A stretch of DNA of 63,965 nt, filler included, from Globobulimina sp. (taxonomy: Eukaryota), in NCBI GenBank assembly GCA_003354225.1. It is 57 parts of 57 records of this genome, joined end to end, with 100 filler letters (N's around TTAATTAATTAA, not from the genome) between each part and the next. Parts side by side here need not be neighbours in the genome. Positions count along the whole stretch, not along the records: positions 47,221 to 48,243 come from PIVH01025530.1; positions 48,344 to 49,366 come from PIVH01025531.1; positions 49,467 to 50,489 come from PIVH01025532.1; positions 50,590 to 51,612 come from PIVH01025533.1; positions 51,713 to 52,735 come from PIVH01025534.1; positions 52,836 to 53,858 come from PIVH01025535.1; positions 53,959 to 54,981 come from PIVH01025536.1; positions 55,082 to 56,104 come from PIVH01025537.1; 49 more parts are not named here. One strand, written 5' to 3'. A model generated the notes under the pieces. The model saw only the letters and a program-made list of their open reading frames with translations. It was not told where the DNA came from and did no database searches. Below are positions 47,598-61,866 of the stretch, in pieces (position 1 is the first letter of the stretch; every line of letters begins with the position of its first letter). A program made the translations under genes and the position numbers.

Positions 47598-48188
47598 CTA
47601 TGAGATTCCAATTGTATTATTTATATTTTCCAAATAATCTGCACACTTTGTTCTATCATAGTACCTTGCCCACTGTCCTGGTGTCCAGTTTTTAGAATTG
47701 CATTTCTCATTTGTAGCGGCGCCATTTGCCACCAGATACTTAACAATGTCCAGATGATCCCTTGTGGCCGCAGCATATAAAGGACCATGGCCATGAATAT
47801 CTATTATGTTTATATCAGCTCCACTCTTTACAAAATATTCAACGCATTCCATATGACCCCCAGCACACGAAAATCCTACTGGACAATGTTTGGATTTATC
47901 TAAACAATTTACAGCAAATCCAAGGGATATCAATGTTTTCACTCTGTCTAAATCTCCTTGTTCAGCTGCTCTATGCAGTAATGTAAGACCATATATATTA
48001 ATTTTCAACATATTTTCCATATTACCTTTGAATGGATGTTGATTGATTCGCAACATAACTCCATCCCAGAAACGTTGTTTAGCCATGATTGCAATCTCTA
48101 TAGCTTGCTCATCTATGCTTGCTTGATGACAACAATTATCTTGTCCCATTGTAAAAATGTGTTCAGATATTTTATGTGAAGTGGACAC
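47598..48188 (-). CDS. Ankyrin-repeat protein
   Basis: GLTLLHRAAEQG, GHMECVEYFV..GADIN, GPLYAAA..HLDIVKYLV. Confidence 0.9.
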   Translation of the reverse strand: MSTSHKISEHIFTMGQDNCCHQASIDEQAIEIAIMAKQRFWDGVMLRINQHPFKGNMENMLKINIYGLTLLHRAAEQGDLDRVKTLISLGFAVNCLDKSKHCPVGFSCAGGHMECVEYFVKSGADINIIDIHGHGPLYAAATRDHLDIVKYLVANGAATNEKCNSKNWTPGQWARYYDRTKCADYLENINNTIGIS

Positions 48189-48591
48189 TTTTTTTTTCCT
48201 ACGTGTCAGCCATGTTTTGTCCTCATTGGTACAAGAATTGGTANNNNNNNNNNNNNNNNNNNNNNNNNNNNNNNNNNNNNNNNNNNNTTAATTAATTAAN
48301 NNNNNNNNNNNNNNNNNNNNNNNNNNNNNNNNNNNNNNNNNNNGAGTCGACATAATCTTATATTTGAAAACTAAAAAATCTTGTATTTGAAAAAATATAA
48401 AATTGAGGAAATAAATTAATTCCTACCCAGGAGTCTACGTCGCTTGTCGACAATTTAATTTTTATGTCGCTTATCCTTGCACGTTAGTTGAAAAATATTT
48501 TCCAGTGCTTAATTCAGTGTTGACTAAAAAACCAAGAATGTTGCTCCACGGCACTAGTACTACTTCGTTTTTTTTTCTCGCTTAATTCAAC

Positions 48592-49280
48592 ATGTCAGGA
48601 CTGGTCAAACAAATTGACAGAGGATTAAGAAGATATTACGAACACAAAAGCACACCATATGTTAATAAAGAAGGCATTGGTAAATTTGCAGAATGGGCAG
48701 AAGATAATGAATATGATACAGATGCAATTACAGCAGACTTTAATAATGTGGATCCAAAAGAAATGGAATGTGTTGATTTTGACGAAAATTTCCCAATCAC
48801 AGATTCCACCAACAAAACACAAGAGATCTTCAAAATATTAAATGTATGTTATAAAGAACCAACAGCCTTTTTCAATTCACCTGATTTGCCGGTACCCGAT
48901 GAAGATTCACAAATAGAAATAGCAACAAACGCATCATTGCTACAATCGCAACCACACACAAACACTCACACAAACACAGCCTATCATAATGCGCCAATTG
49001 CAAATGACGATATCTATGATATCGATGTAGTTGATGATGAAGAGGCGTATATACGCAAACGACGAAGAGATGGATATAATTACGGTGGCAGCCGTGGCAA
49101 TGTTGACGATAATAATAACAACATCGACAACAACAATACCAACAACAATAACAACACTCCTAATAATTATCATAAAAATAGTCATCATCATAAGTCCGCA
49201 AATGCCAAAATTTGTTATAAATGGCAATGGGATGTTGGTCCATATTGGAAAGATTATAAAATTAAGGATTCGCGAGTTAG
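48592..49280 (+). CDS. Orphan N-terminal domain + Asn-rich linker + start of WWE-like domain, 3'-partial
   Basis: N-terminus similar to ORF 61867; YKWQWDVGPYWKDY at exon end. Confidence 0.6.
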
Positions 49281-49650
49281 GTGTTATTTGAAAACCAAAT
49301 ACATTACATTCGGACTTGTGTATGTTTCACATAACACACACAGGCTATTGAATTACAGTATGGTTCNNNNNNNNNNNNNNNNNNNNNNNNNNNNNNNNNN
49401 NNNNNNNNNNTTAATTAATTAANNNNNNNNNNNNNNNNNNNNNNNNNNNNNNNNNNNNNNNNNNNNGACGAACAGACAAACAGCCATTATTGAGTGATTT
49501 GAGTCCCTCTCGTAAACAACAGTGGGCAATGAAACGAGCAATAACATTGGAAGGTCCACAAAGGACTCTCGAAATTGTTTAGTTTGATATTATATATTAT
49601 AAATAATGATCCATAGGATGTTATGCGCATATATATAGAATATTAATGAT

Positions 49651-50489
49651 ATGCATTCGCACAATTCATTGCCACTAAGTCTTAATAAGCAGAGACTTGC
49701 CCAATCATTACAGAATCAGTCATTCAATCAGCCGCAACAACAAAATCTAATTACAAAACCATTAGACACTGATCATGATAAACAAATTACATTTTGCCCA
49801 TCGCCATCATTTGAAACAAACACTCAGCAATTATCCACAGAAAATATTATTGATTCTAATCAGTTAAAACGTTTTTGTAAAGAGTTGTATGGTAAGAATT
49901 GTAGCACACAAAATATTAAACTAATATCTGCAAACAAAGATTTTGAAACTATTCATGCTAAACATTACAATTGTGATTATTCTCATATTCATCCATTTAT
50001 AAATTGTTTACAAATTGCATATTTTAATCGTTATCCATTAATTATAAAACCATCTCACATTTGGTTGTTAATATTGCAACGTATTTGTACGCATTCTGGC
50101 CGTGGAACGAATAAAACAACATTGATTGAAACACAATTTGACATTGATATTGGCGTCGATATTGACATTGAAACAGAGATTGAAAACAATATACTCGATG
50201 ATGCCAAATTATTTTCGCAAAATGATTATAGTACATCTACAAAATTGGAAGAAGTTGCATTAAAAGTTTGTGTGATGAATATTTGCCAATTGCAAGGAAA
50301 ACAGACTCAAATATTAAATGGGACCATGGCCAATGGTCATAACTCTCGCGGGGTCGAGGTGGAGGTCGAGGAGAATAAAGAAGATATTTCAGATATTAAA
50401 CATAACAAAAATGGATTTGTTTCGATCAAGTTAGTTGCAACAAAACAAGATTGGATAAAATTGAAAACAAAAACTATTCATTTATTGAA
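49651..50489 (+). CDS. DUF4419-like protein, partial and divergent
   Basis: HPFINCLQIAY..YPLIIKPSHIWLLILQ, DYSTST, IKLVATKQDW. Confidence 0.65.
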
Positions 50490-50736
50490 NNNNNNNNNNN
50501 NNNNNNNNNNNNNNNNNNNNNNNNNNNNNNNNNTTAATTAATTAANNNNNNNNNNNNNNNNNNNNNNNNNNNNNNNNNNNNNNNNNNNNACTTATTAACT
50601 TATTATACATCCGATAACAATGCAGACAACTTTTTTTTTCTTTTCTTGATATTAACAAAATTAAGGAATTACAAATCATTGTGTTGGTCAATGGGAATCC
50701 AATAAAGCAGTAAACGCATATAAGCCTGAAACATTA

Positions 50737-51572
50737 TTGTTTTCTTCATCAATGCGTCAAACGTCAGTCACTTCATTGTCATCCACAACATATAAAAGGA
50801 AACAAAGGCAATCTTATATTGACACTGTCGGCATTGATGAGAATGCAGTAACCTCTGATTGTTATATTGGTGTTTTAGACATACCAACAAAATGTGTGTT
50901 ATCTCGAGAATTTGCAGGTTATGACGATGACAGTATTGTCCATATTGGATGGAATGCATTTGCATATAATGCGTCTGTAATTTGTCAATGTCAACATTTG
51001 TACATTCGAATTACGCGAACTATCGGAAATATGCCATATAAAATATTAGGAGATGCATCTGATGCTATTTTTATTTTTGCTGCCTGGTATCCCACTATTC
51101 GAGAAAGGCGCGTTTATATTAAAGTTGATCAATCAAAAACATTTAAAAAAGCAAAAAAATATGATATTGATGCATATGAAACACCAGAAACAGATACGTT
51201 TACAGCGCGTATAGTTGAAGGTATGTTTGCATGTATGATTATGAGATGTAATATACACTGCATTTCATATCAGAAACATTAGATGAATCGGCAGAAAATA
51301 CCACAAATATTAATCCGATATCGACACTTTTTCCAATTAATATTACAACAAAACAACCAACTCAAAGACAAGGGTTGCAGCACCAATTAGATATACATAA
51401 AACGAATAAAAATGGCATTTTTAATGGATCATTGATTGCAATGATTGTGATAGTCCTGATTTTATTGTGTCTTGCTTTTGTATGTTCTCTTTTTTTTGTA
51501 TTTTATATGGCAGATACATTTTTAAGTGTTTTTTGTTTAATGTCAGTATTTTATAAGAAGGATGTGTTATGA
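50737..51572 (+). CDS. Hypothetical single-pass membrane protein, spliced (probable intron ~51221-51282)
   Basis: GAAG|GTATGT donor and CATTAG acceptor; C-terminal hydrophobic segment. Confidence 0.45.
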
Positions 51573-51712
51573 ATCTGGGTCTGTTCGTGGTGTATCATTG
51601 ATGGTGACAAGANNNNNNNNNNNNNNNNNNNNNNNNNNNNNNNNNNNNNNNNNNNNTTAATTAATTAANNNNNNNNNNNNNNNNNNNNNNNNNNNNNNNN
51701 NNNNNNNNNNNN

Positions 51713-52735
51713 ATCAAAAACAAACCAAAAATCAACGAAGATCCCAAAGATGCGATGATTCGGAAAATGAAGGAAGAATTAAATAATTTGCAGCAACAAT
51801 TAAAAACTGGAAACATTTTGCCAGGGAATAAAGGACAGAAAGTTGAAATTATTAATAAAAAAGTCGAAGTTTGGAAGGGAGTGAGCACCCAAAAAGTTGA
51901 AGAGTTAAAATTGAAAGCGATTACAGCAAAGGAACAGTTATCAGAATTACATAAAAAGGATTCGGAAAAATATGAAATGGCCCGGATTTCAGCTGAAAAA
52001 GCTGCGAAAATCGCAGAGGAAAATTTGAAAGTTGCTCAAAATAAACTGGATGAAGAACAATCTGAGTTGCATTATTTAGAAAAAAAATTAAAAGTGAAAA
52101 CATTCGAATTGATACATGGTGGAAAGAAATTGAATGAAGCGAGAGTGGCTGAGAAAGAATTGAAGGAAACACATCGTAAATTAGTAGAAAGTGAGAAATC
52201 GCACCAACGTTTTTTGCACGAATTGGAAGGAATTTGTAGGGAAAATGAAGAGTATTTAGATGGAAAATTCGGTGCGATTCAAGAAGAAATATCTGATACA
52301 AATCATAAATTGAAAACATTATGGAAGAAATATGAAAATAAAAATGCGGAATTGAAAGATTTGTATTCTGAGAATGATTTTGAAGAGAAAGAATTGAATG
52401 AAAATATAAAACTGTTAACGCAGCAATTTCAATTAAAAACAATCATTTTAAATTACTTTATTCCAAATAAATGGTTGGGATTTATTGAGGAGCATAGTGA
52501 GTACGATACGGATGTCGATCAATGGAGAATTCCTGCACTGGAATATTGTGGAAATAATATCAATGAGGAAAAACAACAGGAACAGGACATGGAAATGGAA
52601 GAGAGACCATTAACAAATAAAAGATTGACGCAGATTTGGAAGAGAGTTGAAAGTATAAAGAAAATTCATTCGTTGACTACAGAAATAGAAGAAGCGATTG
52701 ATTGTGCAATAAATACAAATATTGATCCAAATCAA
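51713..52735 (+). CDS. Kinesin-2 (KIF3/FLA10-like) neck, stalk and tail fragment
   Basis: IKNKPKINEDPKDAMIR neck; KL..LW, E...E..EL, IL.YFIP, W tail motifs. Confidence 0.85.
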
Positions 52736-53045
52736 NNNNNNNNNNNNNNNNNNNNNNNNNNNNNNNNNNNNNNNNNNNNTTAATTAATTAANNNNNNNNN
52801 NNNNNNNNNNNNNNNNNNNNNNNNNNNNNNNNNNNCCATGATTAATAATGTTTTGACTGAAAACTGTTTGGTTAGTTTTTGGGAAAGTATTTGCAAAGAG
52901 GAGGTCAAATTAATGAGCATTTTTGACTTTTCTTATGAGAACACAGTAATATCTGAACCAGAAACAGTTTGTTGTTGCTGGTGTTAGCAAACAAGTGTTT
53001 CAACTCACACTCTTTTTATTTATTATAAACCTACGATTTACTGAA

Positions 53046-53858
53046 TTACGTATTAGATTCTCCTTCATTTTGATTTTCATTTTTATTATTATTGTTATCA
53101 TGTTCTTTTCTCTGTGCATGTACTAATTTTTGTATACTTTTATAAATATCACGTTTATCTTTAAACTGCGTAATGCCTAATCTATGTAAATCATTTTTAT
53201 CTAAATCTGGCAAACATAATCCATCAATTCCTTCATTCATCATATTTTCCAATAAATGATTATAATATTTGTCATACCGTAATTTATCAATATTAACAAT
53301 CCAATTTGCTGCATCTTTTGTGCTCCATGATTCAAATCCTATTTTTTTTTGTTGTTCACTATACTTTGCTGCCAACTCATTATATTTCCTTTCCAATTCT
53401 TTGTGTTGCTCAATTAATTTAGTATTGGCACATTGATTTGATTCTTGTTTTATGGATAATTGTTGGTATCGTTGATCCAATGAATTATATCTTTGTTGCA
53501 TCCTTTTATTTGATGCTCTCAAATCATTAATTTCTGTCTGTTTTTGTGATAATAATATGTTATGTTTACGTTGCAACTCAGCTTTTTCTTGGATTAAATC
53601 CTTGGATTTTGATGAATGGGCATCATTTCCATTTGCAACATGCTCTTCTGTTTCCAGAGCCTTTTTATTGCTTTGTAAGAGCTGTTTTGATTCTTTTTTA
53701 CCTCTTATAAATGTAAAGGGTATACCGGATTTGTTGTGCTTTTTAATTAAATTGTTAATGAAGTATTCAAATTTGTTAATAAAAAGGCAAATCGGTAGTA
53801 GTCATAAGTTGGGATTTAGATCACTTGTGGTAATGATTAACATATCGTTGGAAAGCTA
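53046..53858 (-). CDS. Coiled-coil protein with C-terminal SAM domain, 5'-partial
   Basis: WSTKDAANWI..EGIDGLCL..LDKNDLHRLGI. Confidence 0.85.
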
Positions 53859-53959
53859 NNNNNNNNNNNNNNNNNNNNNNNNNNNNNNNNNNNNNNNNNN
53901 NNTTAATTAATTAANNNNNNNNNNNNNNNNNNNNNNNNNNNNNNNNNNNNNNNNNNNNC

Positions 53960-54981
53960 TTGATTACATTAACGGGTACACAAATTAATGAATTTATTCA
54001 GAATGGAGTATTAATAGTACCAAATGTATTAAAACAAAACGAAATTACAGACGCAGTGAATTCTTTACATAAATCATTATTAAGATATGACATCGTATGT
54101 TTTATTTGTTATTTTCGTTTTTATGCGTCATGATTTGCTATAATTGTTTTGCAAAGGACATTAATAATTTGTTAGAAACAGGACAAAACCTAACAAAGTT
54201 ATCAACCACGGGAGGAGCCGGCGGTATTATTGATTTATTTTACGAACCATTCAGATTAAACTTAGCAACACATCCTCAAATATTCAATATCACAAAACAA
54301 ATCTGGTCAAATACGTATGGCAAATACTCAAATAATAACAGCAATAACAGCAGTAATCGCATTATAAGAATGATTGATAAACTCATAGACTTTATAGACG
54401 CTGATTTATTTAGTCATCCATTTGGTTCATTTGATAGTAACTCCGGATATATTTATATGAACAGAGTATGTTTCCGAGTCAGTGATTCCATATCAAATCA
54501 CCATTCCAAAGGAATGAAAAAGAAACGAAAACTGCAAAGATGTTTAGCACCACATTTGGATTGTTGTCCGTGCGATTTATTTGGTTTAAATCGCGGCAAA
54601 TTGGGAATAAAAGCAATGCAGAGATGGAGACCTATTCAGTTAATTGTCACTTTGACGGATAACCATTGTAAAAATAGTGGAGGATTCGAGTGTGTTAAGG
54701 GGTTTCATCACAAATTCAATAAATACTTTGAAAAGAAAAGAGGTCAAACTATTTGTGTCGGTGATTTTTGCCGTTTATTACCGCATCAAGATAAGGATAT
54801 TTTATCTAATTTTGAACATATAAGATATGATTCTGGCTCATTGATATTGTTTGATTGGCGAATACCTCATGCAAATTCAAGATATAATGTGACGGATAAA
54901 ACAAGAATTGTTGTGTATACCGGATTGTTACCAAACATTGAATTAAATAGAAAATATTGCCAACAGCAATTAAAATGTTAT
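53960..54981 (+). CDS. Phytanoyl-CoA dioxygenase (PhyH)-like 2OG-Fe(II) oxygenase, intron 54095-54156
   Basis: QINEFIQNGVLIVPNVL; PHLD (HxD); LTD..GGFECVKGFH; FDWRIPHAN (distal His). Confidence 0.8.
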
Positions 54982-55162
54982 NNNNNNNNNNNNNNNNNNN
55001 NNNNNNNNNNNNNNNNNNNNNNNNNTTAATTAATTAANNNNNNNNNNNNNNNNNNNNNNNNNNNNNNNNNNNNNNNNNNNNATAATATACCATTCGTTGC
55101 TGGAGTGTCTGTAGGAGGTTTGCTGGATTACAATATAAATAAATTCCAATCGTTGCTGATAA

Positions 55163-56104
55163 TCATAGTCTATTTTTCCTCCTTTTTTTGTTCTTTTTAT
55201 GTTTTTTCTTGGCCTTTTTTGCCACTTTTACAAACATATCAATCCGTTTCTCATCTTGTACATTACTGTTGTACCTATTTAAGGATTTCTCAGTTCTCCA
55301 GTCGGCTTGCTTCATTATATAAGGTGCCGGTAATCCGTCTCGGATTGCTTGCTGAGCCCCTCCCTTTCTTGCGCCGTGCGGTGTTACTTCGCCAGGTTGG
55401 AAACCGCAGGCTTTGGTTAGTTTCCTGAACCCTTGCGCGAGTGCATATTTGTTTAGGGATTTCCCGTTTGTTAGTTTAAATATTAGATTCAAGTCCGAAT
55501 CCATATTATTGATCTTATATTTGATCAATTCGATGAGTGCATGCAATGCGCAGACACCACAGAAGCAGTTACATATGAGAATTGCTGTCAATTTGCCTCC
55601 GAATTGGTAGGTCTTTCCTTTGCTTCTGTTATATTTACAGTACTTGCTTTTGGTCCATTGGTCGTTGTCCAATGCATTTCCATCGAATGGGAATTGGAAT
55701 TCGAATTTTTTTAATTCAATTCCTTGCCCCAGTATGTCATCATAAGTTATTTCTGATCCTCTCTTTATGGCATCGTGTCCCAATGCCAATATCGTTTCCC
55801 ATATCAATATGTCCCTTTGGTCCATGGCCGGGTCCTTCCTGTTGATGCCATAGAATCTTTTTATCATTTCCCTATCGACCGGTTTCGATCCAGGCCCTGA
55901 GGGCTTTCTCCTTTTCTCTCCAATGATGTCATCATATAACTTCGGCATTCCCTTTGCCGAGACATCAATATTAAATCCCACAGTCTTTGCGTGGTCCCGG
56001 ATGGCATATTTATGTCCGTGCATTGCGGACCATCCTATTCCTCTTATTATCTGTTTCCATGCCAGGAATTGCCGTAGATTCCATTCTGAGAAATCCATAT
56101 TTGA
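55163..56104 (-). mobile_element. Tyrosine recombinase of DIRS/Ngaro/Crypton-like element (copy 2), 5'-partial
   Basis: AIKRGSE, KGKTYQFGG, PHGARKGG, ADW, SLNRY; basic NLS-like tail; clear paralog of 37161. Confidence 0.88.
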
Positions 56105-56750
56105 NNNNNNNNNNNNNNNNNNNNNNNNNNNNNNNNNNNNNNNNNNNNTTAATTAATTAANNNNNNNNNNNNNNNNNNNNNNNNNNNNNNNNNNNNNNNN
56201 NNNNGGTGAAACTGAAGGAAAAAACGATAAAAATAAGACATAAACATTAATGGGACAACAGATGGAAAAATTTGTGAATCCAAATATAAAAAATGTAAAA
56301 AAAATCGATAAGAAAGAAACAATGATGGGATTTGAACAAAATAATCAAAAATTAACATTTAACGAATACATATGCATTGATTTTGAACCAGGATCACAAT
56401 CAAATATTAACAGTAATAACAAAGGAATAACATTGATGGGAATACATGAGAATGATAATGATAAGATTTGTTTTATGAGTAATGATAAACTCAACTCTGA
56501 CAAATAATTGTTTTTTTATTATTGTACTGGAAGTGCGTCAATGAATTTTATGATGAACGTGTTTCTATTTAAACCAACGCTTTTTCTGACTGATATGATT
56601 TGCTAATGTTAGATTTTGCAGATAAACACAACAAAAAAAGTCTCGAGTTATTGCAATTTAGGATACCCAGGTCCTAGGTCCAAATTTATATTGCGCAACA
56701 TATAAGAACCCCTAATGTGATCTACATTATGTTTATTGAGATAATTTGAT

Positions 56751-57227
56751 TTATTGTGGAAAGTATGTGTGAAAATGGTAAAATAAATGGGGTATTGAGA
56801 ATGTAATAAATGTGCATAGGCATAATACAACAATTAGTGACACTAAGAGTGGGTTTGACATATTATGGAAATGTATGTGATATAACAAGTATGCCGATGA
56901 ACCAATATATGATATCCATAGATATGCGACCACATTCCAATAATATCGAGAAGTGGAAGAACATATACCATCGAAAAATATTGTTTTTCTTTTAGTCGAA
57001 GCACTCCGTTTATATTTATCCTTAAATAGCATAGCCATACAATATGGCACCAAAGGCAATGTTAAAAATATTAATATTAAAATAAGTGTAAATATACATT
57101 TTCCAGCAATGCCATTCTTTTCTGCGATTTTGGTCCAATATTTTTTAATTATATGAAACACAAATAATGTTTTGGGAATGTTGAATATTAATAAGATCCA
57201 GAATATATCTTTGAAATTAATTATACC
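56751..57227 (-). CDS. Membrane protein fragment
   Basis: Three hydrophobic segments. Confidence 0.45.
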   Translation of the reverse strand, partial: GIINFKDIFWILLIFNIPKTLFVFHIIKKYWTKIAEKNGIAGKCIFTLILILIFLTLPLVPYCMAMLFKDKYKRSASTKRKTIFFDGICSSTSRYYWNVVAYLWISYIGSSAYLLYHIHFHNMSNPLLVSLIVVLCLCTFITFSIPHLFYHFHTYFPQ

Positions 57228-59573
57228 NNNNNNNNNNNNNNNNNNNNNNNNNNNNNNNNNNNNNNNNNNNNTTAATTAATTAANNNNNNNNNNNNNNNNN
57301 NNNNNNNNNNNNNNNNNNNNNNNNNNNCTGCTGTGTGTGAGAATAATTTCTTTTTTTTTATTATTAAATTTATTTCCATGTTACAGTTACTTTATATAAC
57401 GCTCTCAATCATGAATATGCAAATGCAACCAATGAGGAATTGAAGGGATAGTTATATGCGAGAAGCGAATAAATTTCATTTATAATGTTTGATGGGATGG
57501 ATACAGACGTCACCCACTAGTCAAACAAGAAAATATAACATTAAAAATAATTTTTTATGTGTGATTTTATGTGAAAGTGCAAGGATATTTTATTTGTGTA
57601 TTTTTTGTGTATGTCTTTTCTTTTTGGCATGATTTAAAAGGGATTTACGACATTTTGAAAAGGGATAGAAGCTGTTTGACAGGTTTTTAAAAAAATCAGT
57701 ACTTATCGGAGACCCCTAATGGCCTCAATTTTGTTGTACTATTTTTTTTTATGTTTCTCTTCAAATGTACTTTGACTCCAAATGTACTTTGGCTCTGATT
57801 ACAACGGATTACTAAATCCGAAATTTTAAAGGAAGCGACACTTTAAACGTTAAGGGTAATAACCATCCGCTAAATAAAACAATTTGGGCATTGTCTGTAT
57901 GTGTACAGAAACCAGATCTGACAGCAACTAGTTTCAAAATGGCATAACCAGTTTGAACAAAACAGAATAAAAATTTAATGATATGACCCATTGAAACATT
58001 CACACCCATTCGATAAAAGATTGTGTTGCAAATTTAAATTAAAGTAATAAAGACACCACAGATCCTATACACTAAAAACACACAATTACAAAATAACAAA
58101 ACAAAAAAAGAAACAGAGAGAAAAATGTTAAAAAATATATATATTGTTTAATTTGTTTTTAATTTTGGTATTAGAAAGCAAAGTCGATAATTAAGTTGAT
58201 TTGGACTAATCGAATAAATGTTTAATTTAATTAATATTAATGTTAAATATCAATCATATTAATGTTGAAAAGTAATACAGAATTACCTACATTTTTTGAC
58301 TAATTGTGAAATGAACTAATTCAGAAATTCTGGAAGAAACTCAGAAATTCNNNNNNNNNNNNNNNNNNNNNNNNNNNNNNNNNNNNNNNNNNNNTTAATT
58401 AATTAANNNNNNNNNNNNNNNNNNNNNNNNNNNNNNNNNNNNNNNNNNNNCAAAATAATGAAAAATGTATACTGTTAAATATAAACGTAGCAAAAGCATC
58501 ATATTGAAGCGAACCCAAATCATCTTAGATATATAGAAAATGTTTTAACATTCAGAAAATATTATGTTTTGTGTGCGAGTATAGAAAACATAGAATGCTT
58601 AGGATCGAACACCGCAAACTGTTATTTGCAATAAATCTTTTAGAACATATATTTACTTTGCCCGTAGTCGTAGATTTTTAGATCACAGCTACAGGCAAAG
58701 TATAAGGAAATTAAAAGAAAGAAAACTTAACGTAATGCATGGTCAATTAAAAAAACATGGACTTCAATAATCGAGATAAAAATGACATATTCAGCTTGTT
58801 TAGAATGTCTGTACCGAAACAAACAATGATCTCGCCATTCATACCATTTCTTTAGTGCATAGATGTAAAATGGGAACAGAATGATGTAAAGCACTAAATC
58901 AACCACAAAATTCCATCGAACAAGCGTCATTTCAATTATTAATTCCTTCAATAAATATTTAAAGAGCTGGCAAAGTGACAATGCTGTGACTGAACTAGGA
59001 TTTTTTAGCTTACAGCAAAAAAAGACATTGTTGTTTATGATTGTATTTGTTCCAATGTATCTTTTGGCACATTTTGCTGCAATAAACAGCTGTTTGGCAG
59101 CTTTTACATTTCCAAAATTTATTTTTCTGATACTGTTTACTTTCTGCTCGCGATTGATTTCCTTTCTCTTCATATCTTCTTATTCCACAGATTGGATTAC
59201 AACATTCATGGATTACTAAAGCAAGTGAGAGACATTATACAGTACACATTATGATTGCGTATATGTTTTACATCATCGTTTGTTTTTACAACAATATTCT
59301 GATTTTATCAATGGCTCCTTTTCATGTTACATATCATATCCATTGAGTGCAAGGATAAACAAACAACCATTATTAATAAATAAACTTTAATAAACAAATA
59401 AATAATATACATTAGATGCATAAGCCAATTCATTTTATTTTTTTTATATTTAATAATCATTGTTCCTTTATTTNNNNNNNNNNNNNNNNNNNNNNNNNNN
59501 NNNNNNNNNNNNNNNNNTTAATTAATTAANNNNNNNNNNNNNNNNNNNNNNNNNNNNNNNNNNNNNNNNNNNN

Positions 59574-60390
59574 ACCGCAGTGGCGGCAGCGGTGTCCCAG
59601 TTACAAATACCGCAATCATTTGTGCCTAAAGTCCCATCGCAGGGAACATATATTGCTTCACTGCATTGCTGCGCTGACAATGTACAATTACAATTAGGAG
59701 ATTCAGGCACATCCGCACTGTTATCATAAATCACGAGATACTGATTGGGATCGATGGAAATCGAGCATGAGCCACCGGCGGTGGCCGCGCCAAAGGAGTC
59801 AGAAGCCATAAAGCCGGCGAATTTTAATGTTTCCTGCGCTAAATCAATAACAGATTGTCCGTAATTGTAGATTTCAATGAAACGCGAGAGATGATAGGTG
59901 GGATTATTCGAGTACTGCTCGATGCGCACCTCGGTCAGTTTGGCGCTCATTGTCTCCGGACATAAAAATTTCGACGCGGCTTGGCGTGCGGCAGCAAAGG
60001 CTTCGTCAGTGAAGGTGTCCACTTCTAATACGCGCGAATAGTCTGCCTTGCCACCTTTGGTGGGATAGCCGGGAGTCACCATGCATTTAATGGAAGATCT
60101 GGACCAGTCTTTGCCCATTCCCACTACGATGATATTTTCCGCACCTACCACCGCTTGCGTTTTCTCCACCTCGCCACACGGGGATTTGCCCCCTGTTGGT
60201 CTGCCATCTGCGTAGGTTATCATTGGAGAATGGTACATTATGAAGGGAGGGAAGGACGTACCTGTTAAAAACACTAATAGTCGCTCATAGCCTGCATAGT
60301 CCTGGTTGTAATTAGCATCGTTCTCCCAAAGATCGAATATGTATTGGACGCCCCATAAGGCATCAGCTGTATTGATATATTTGTCAATGT
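59574..60390 (-). CDS. Extracellular protein exon: VWA-like domain, lamin-tail-like domain, Cys-rich region
   Basis: NTADAL..RLLVFLTG..IIVVGMG; LTEV..RFIEIYNYGQSVIDL. Confidence 0.6.
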
Positions 60391-60760
60391 AGGTATGTAT
60401 GTGTGTGTATGTATATGTATATAATATGTAACTTAACACATATAGGTTCCTCCACCGTTATAAGATGTGCTCAATACGGCGTTAATTGCGTCTGTTTTAG
60501 GGGTTTGATTGTCCCAAAACCAATAAACACCTCGAAGGTTGGACGAAAACTGTGTGGTGTTATTTGATGATGATACAAAGCAGATAAATTCGAAAANNNN
60601 NNNNNNNNNNNNNNNNNNNNNNNNNNNNNNNNNNNNNNNNTTAATTAATTAANNNNNNNNNNNNNNNNNNNNNNNNNNNNNNNNNNNNNNNNNNNNCCAT
60701 GAGATGATAACTGATACTGAGATGGATGGAATTCGGAAAAGATCCGATTATTAGATATAA

Positions 60761-61537
<777 letters not shown>

Positions 61538-61866
61538 TGTTTTTTTTTGCGTCCAATGGAAAAAAGTAATTCATGGTTTTAAGAAATAAATACCTAATGC
61601 AACAATACGAAGATCCGCAGAATCTGGATCACCTAAACGTATACCTTGTGAATGACGAGTATCCGGATCAGTTTTTAGTATATTTCCATTATTTTTTAAG
61701 ACATCATCAAAATCAGTGCNNNNNNNNNNNNNNNNNNNNNNNNNNNNNNNNNNNNNNNNNNNNTTAATTAATTAANNNNNNNNNNNNNNNNNNNNNNNNN
61801 NNNNNNNNNNNNNNNNNNNATCGTTTTCCTCTGTTTTTCCATCTTTTTTCCGAGCAATAATCATTG

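Noticed and set aside
57328-58350. Contig lacking long ORFs
   Set aside because: AT-rich intergenic or intronic DNA with no supportable feature.
58595-58625. AGGATCGAAC as a tRNA T-loop on the minus strand
   Set aside because: No acceptor, D or anticodon stems can be formed.
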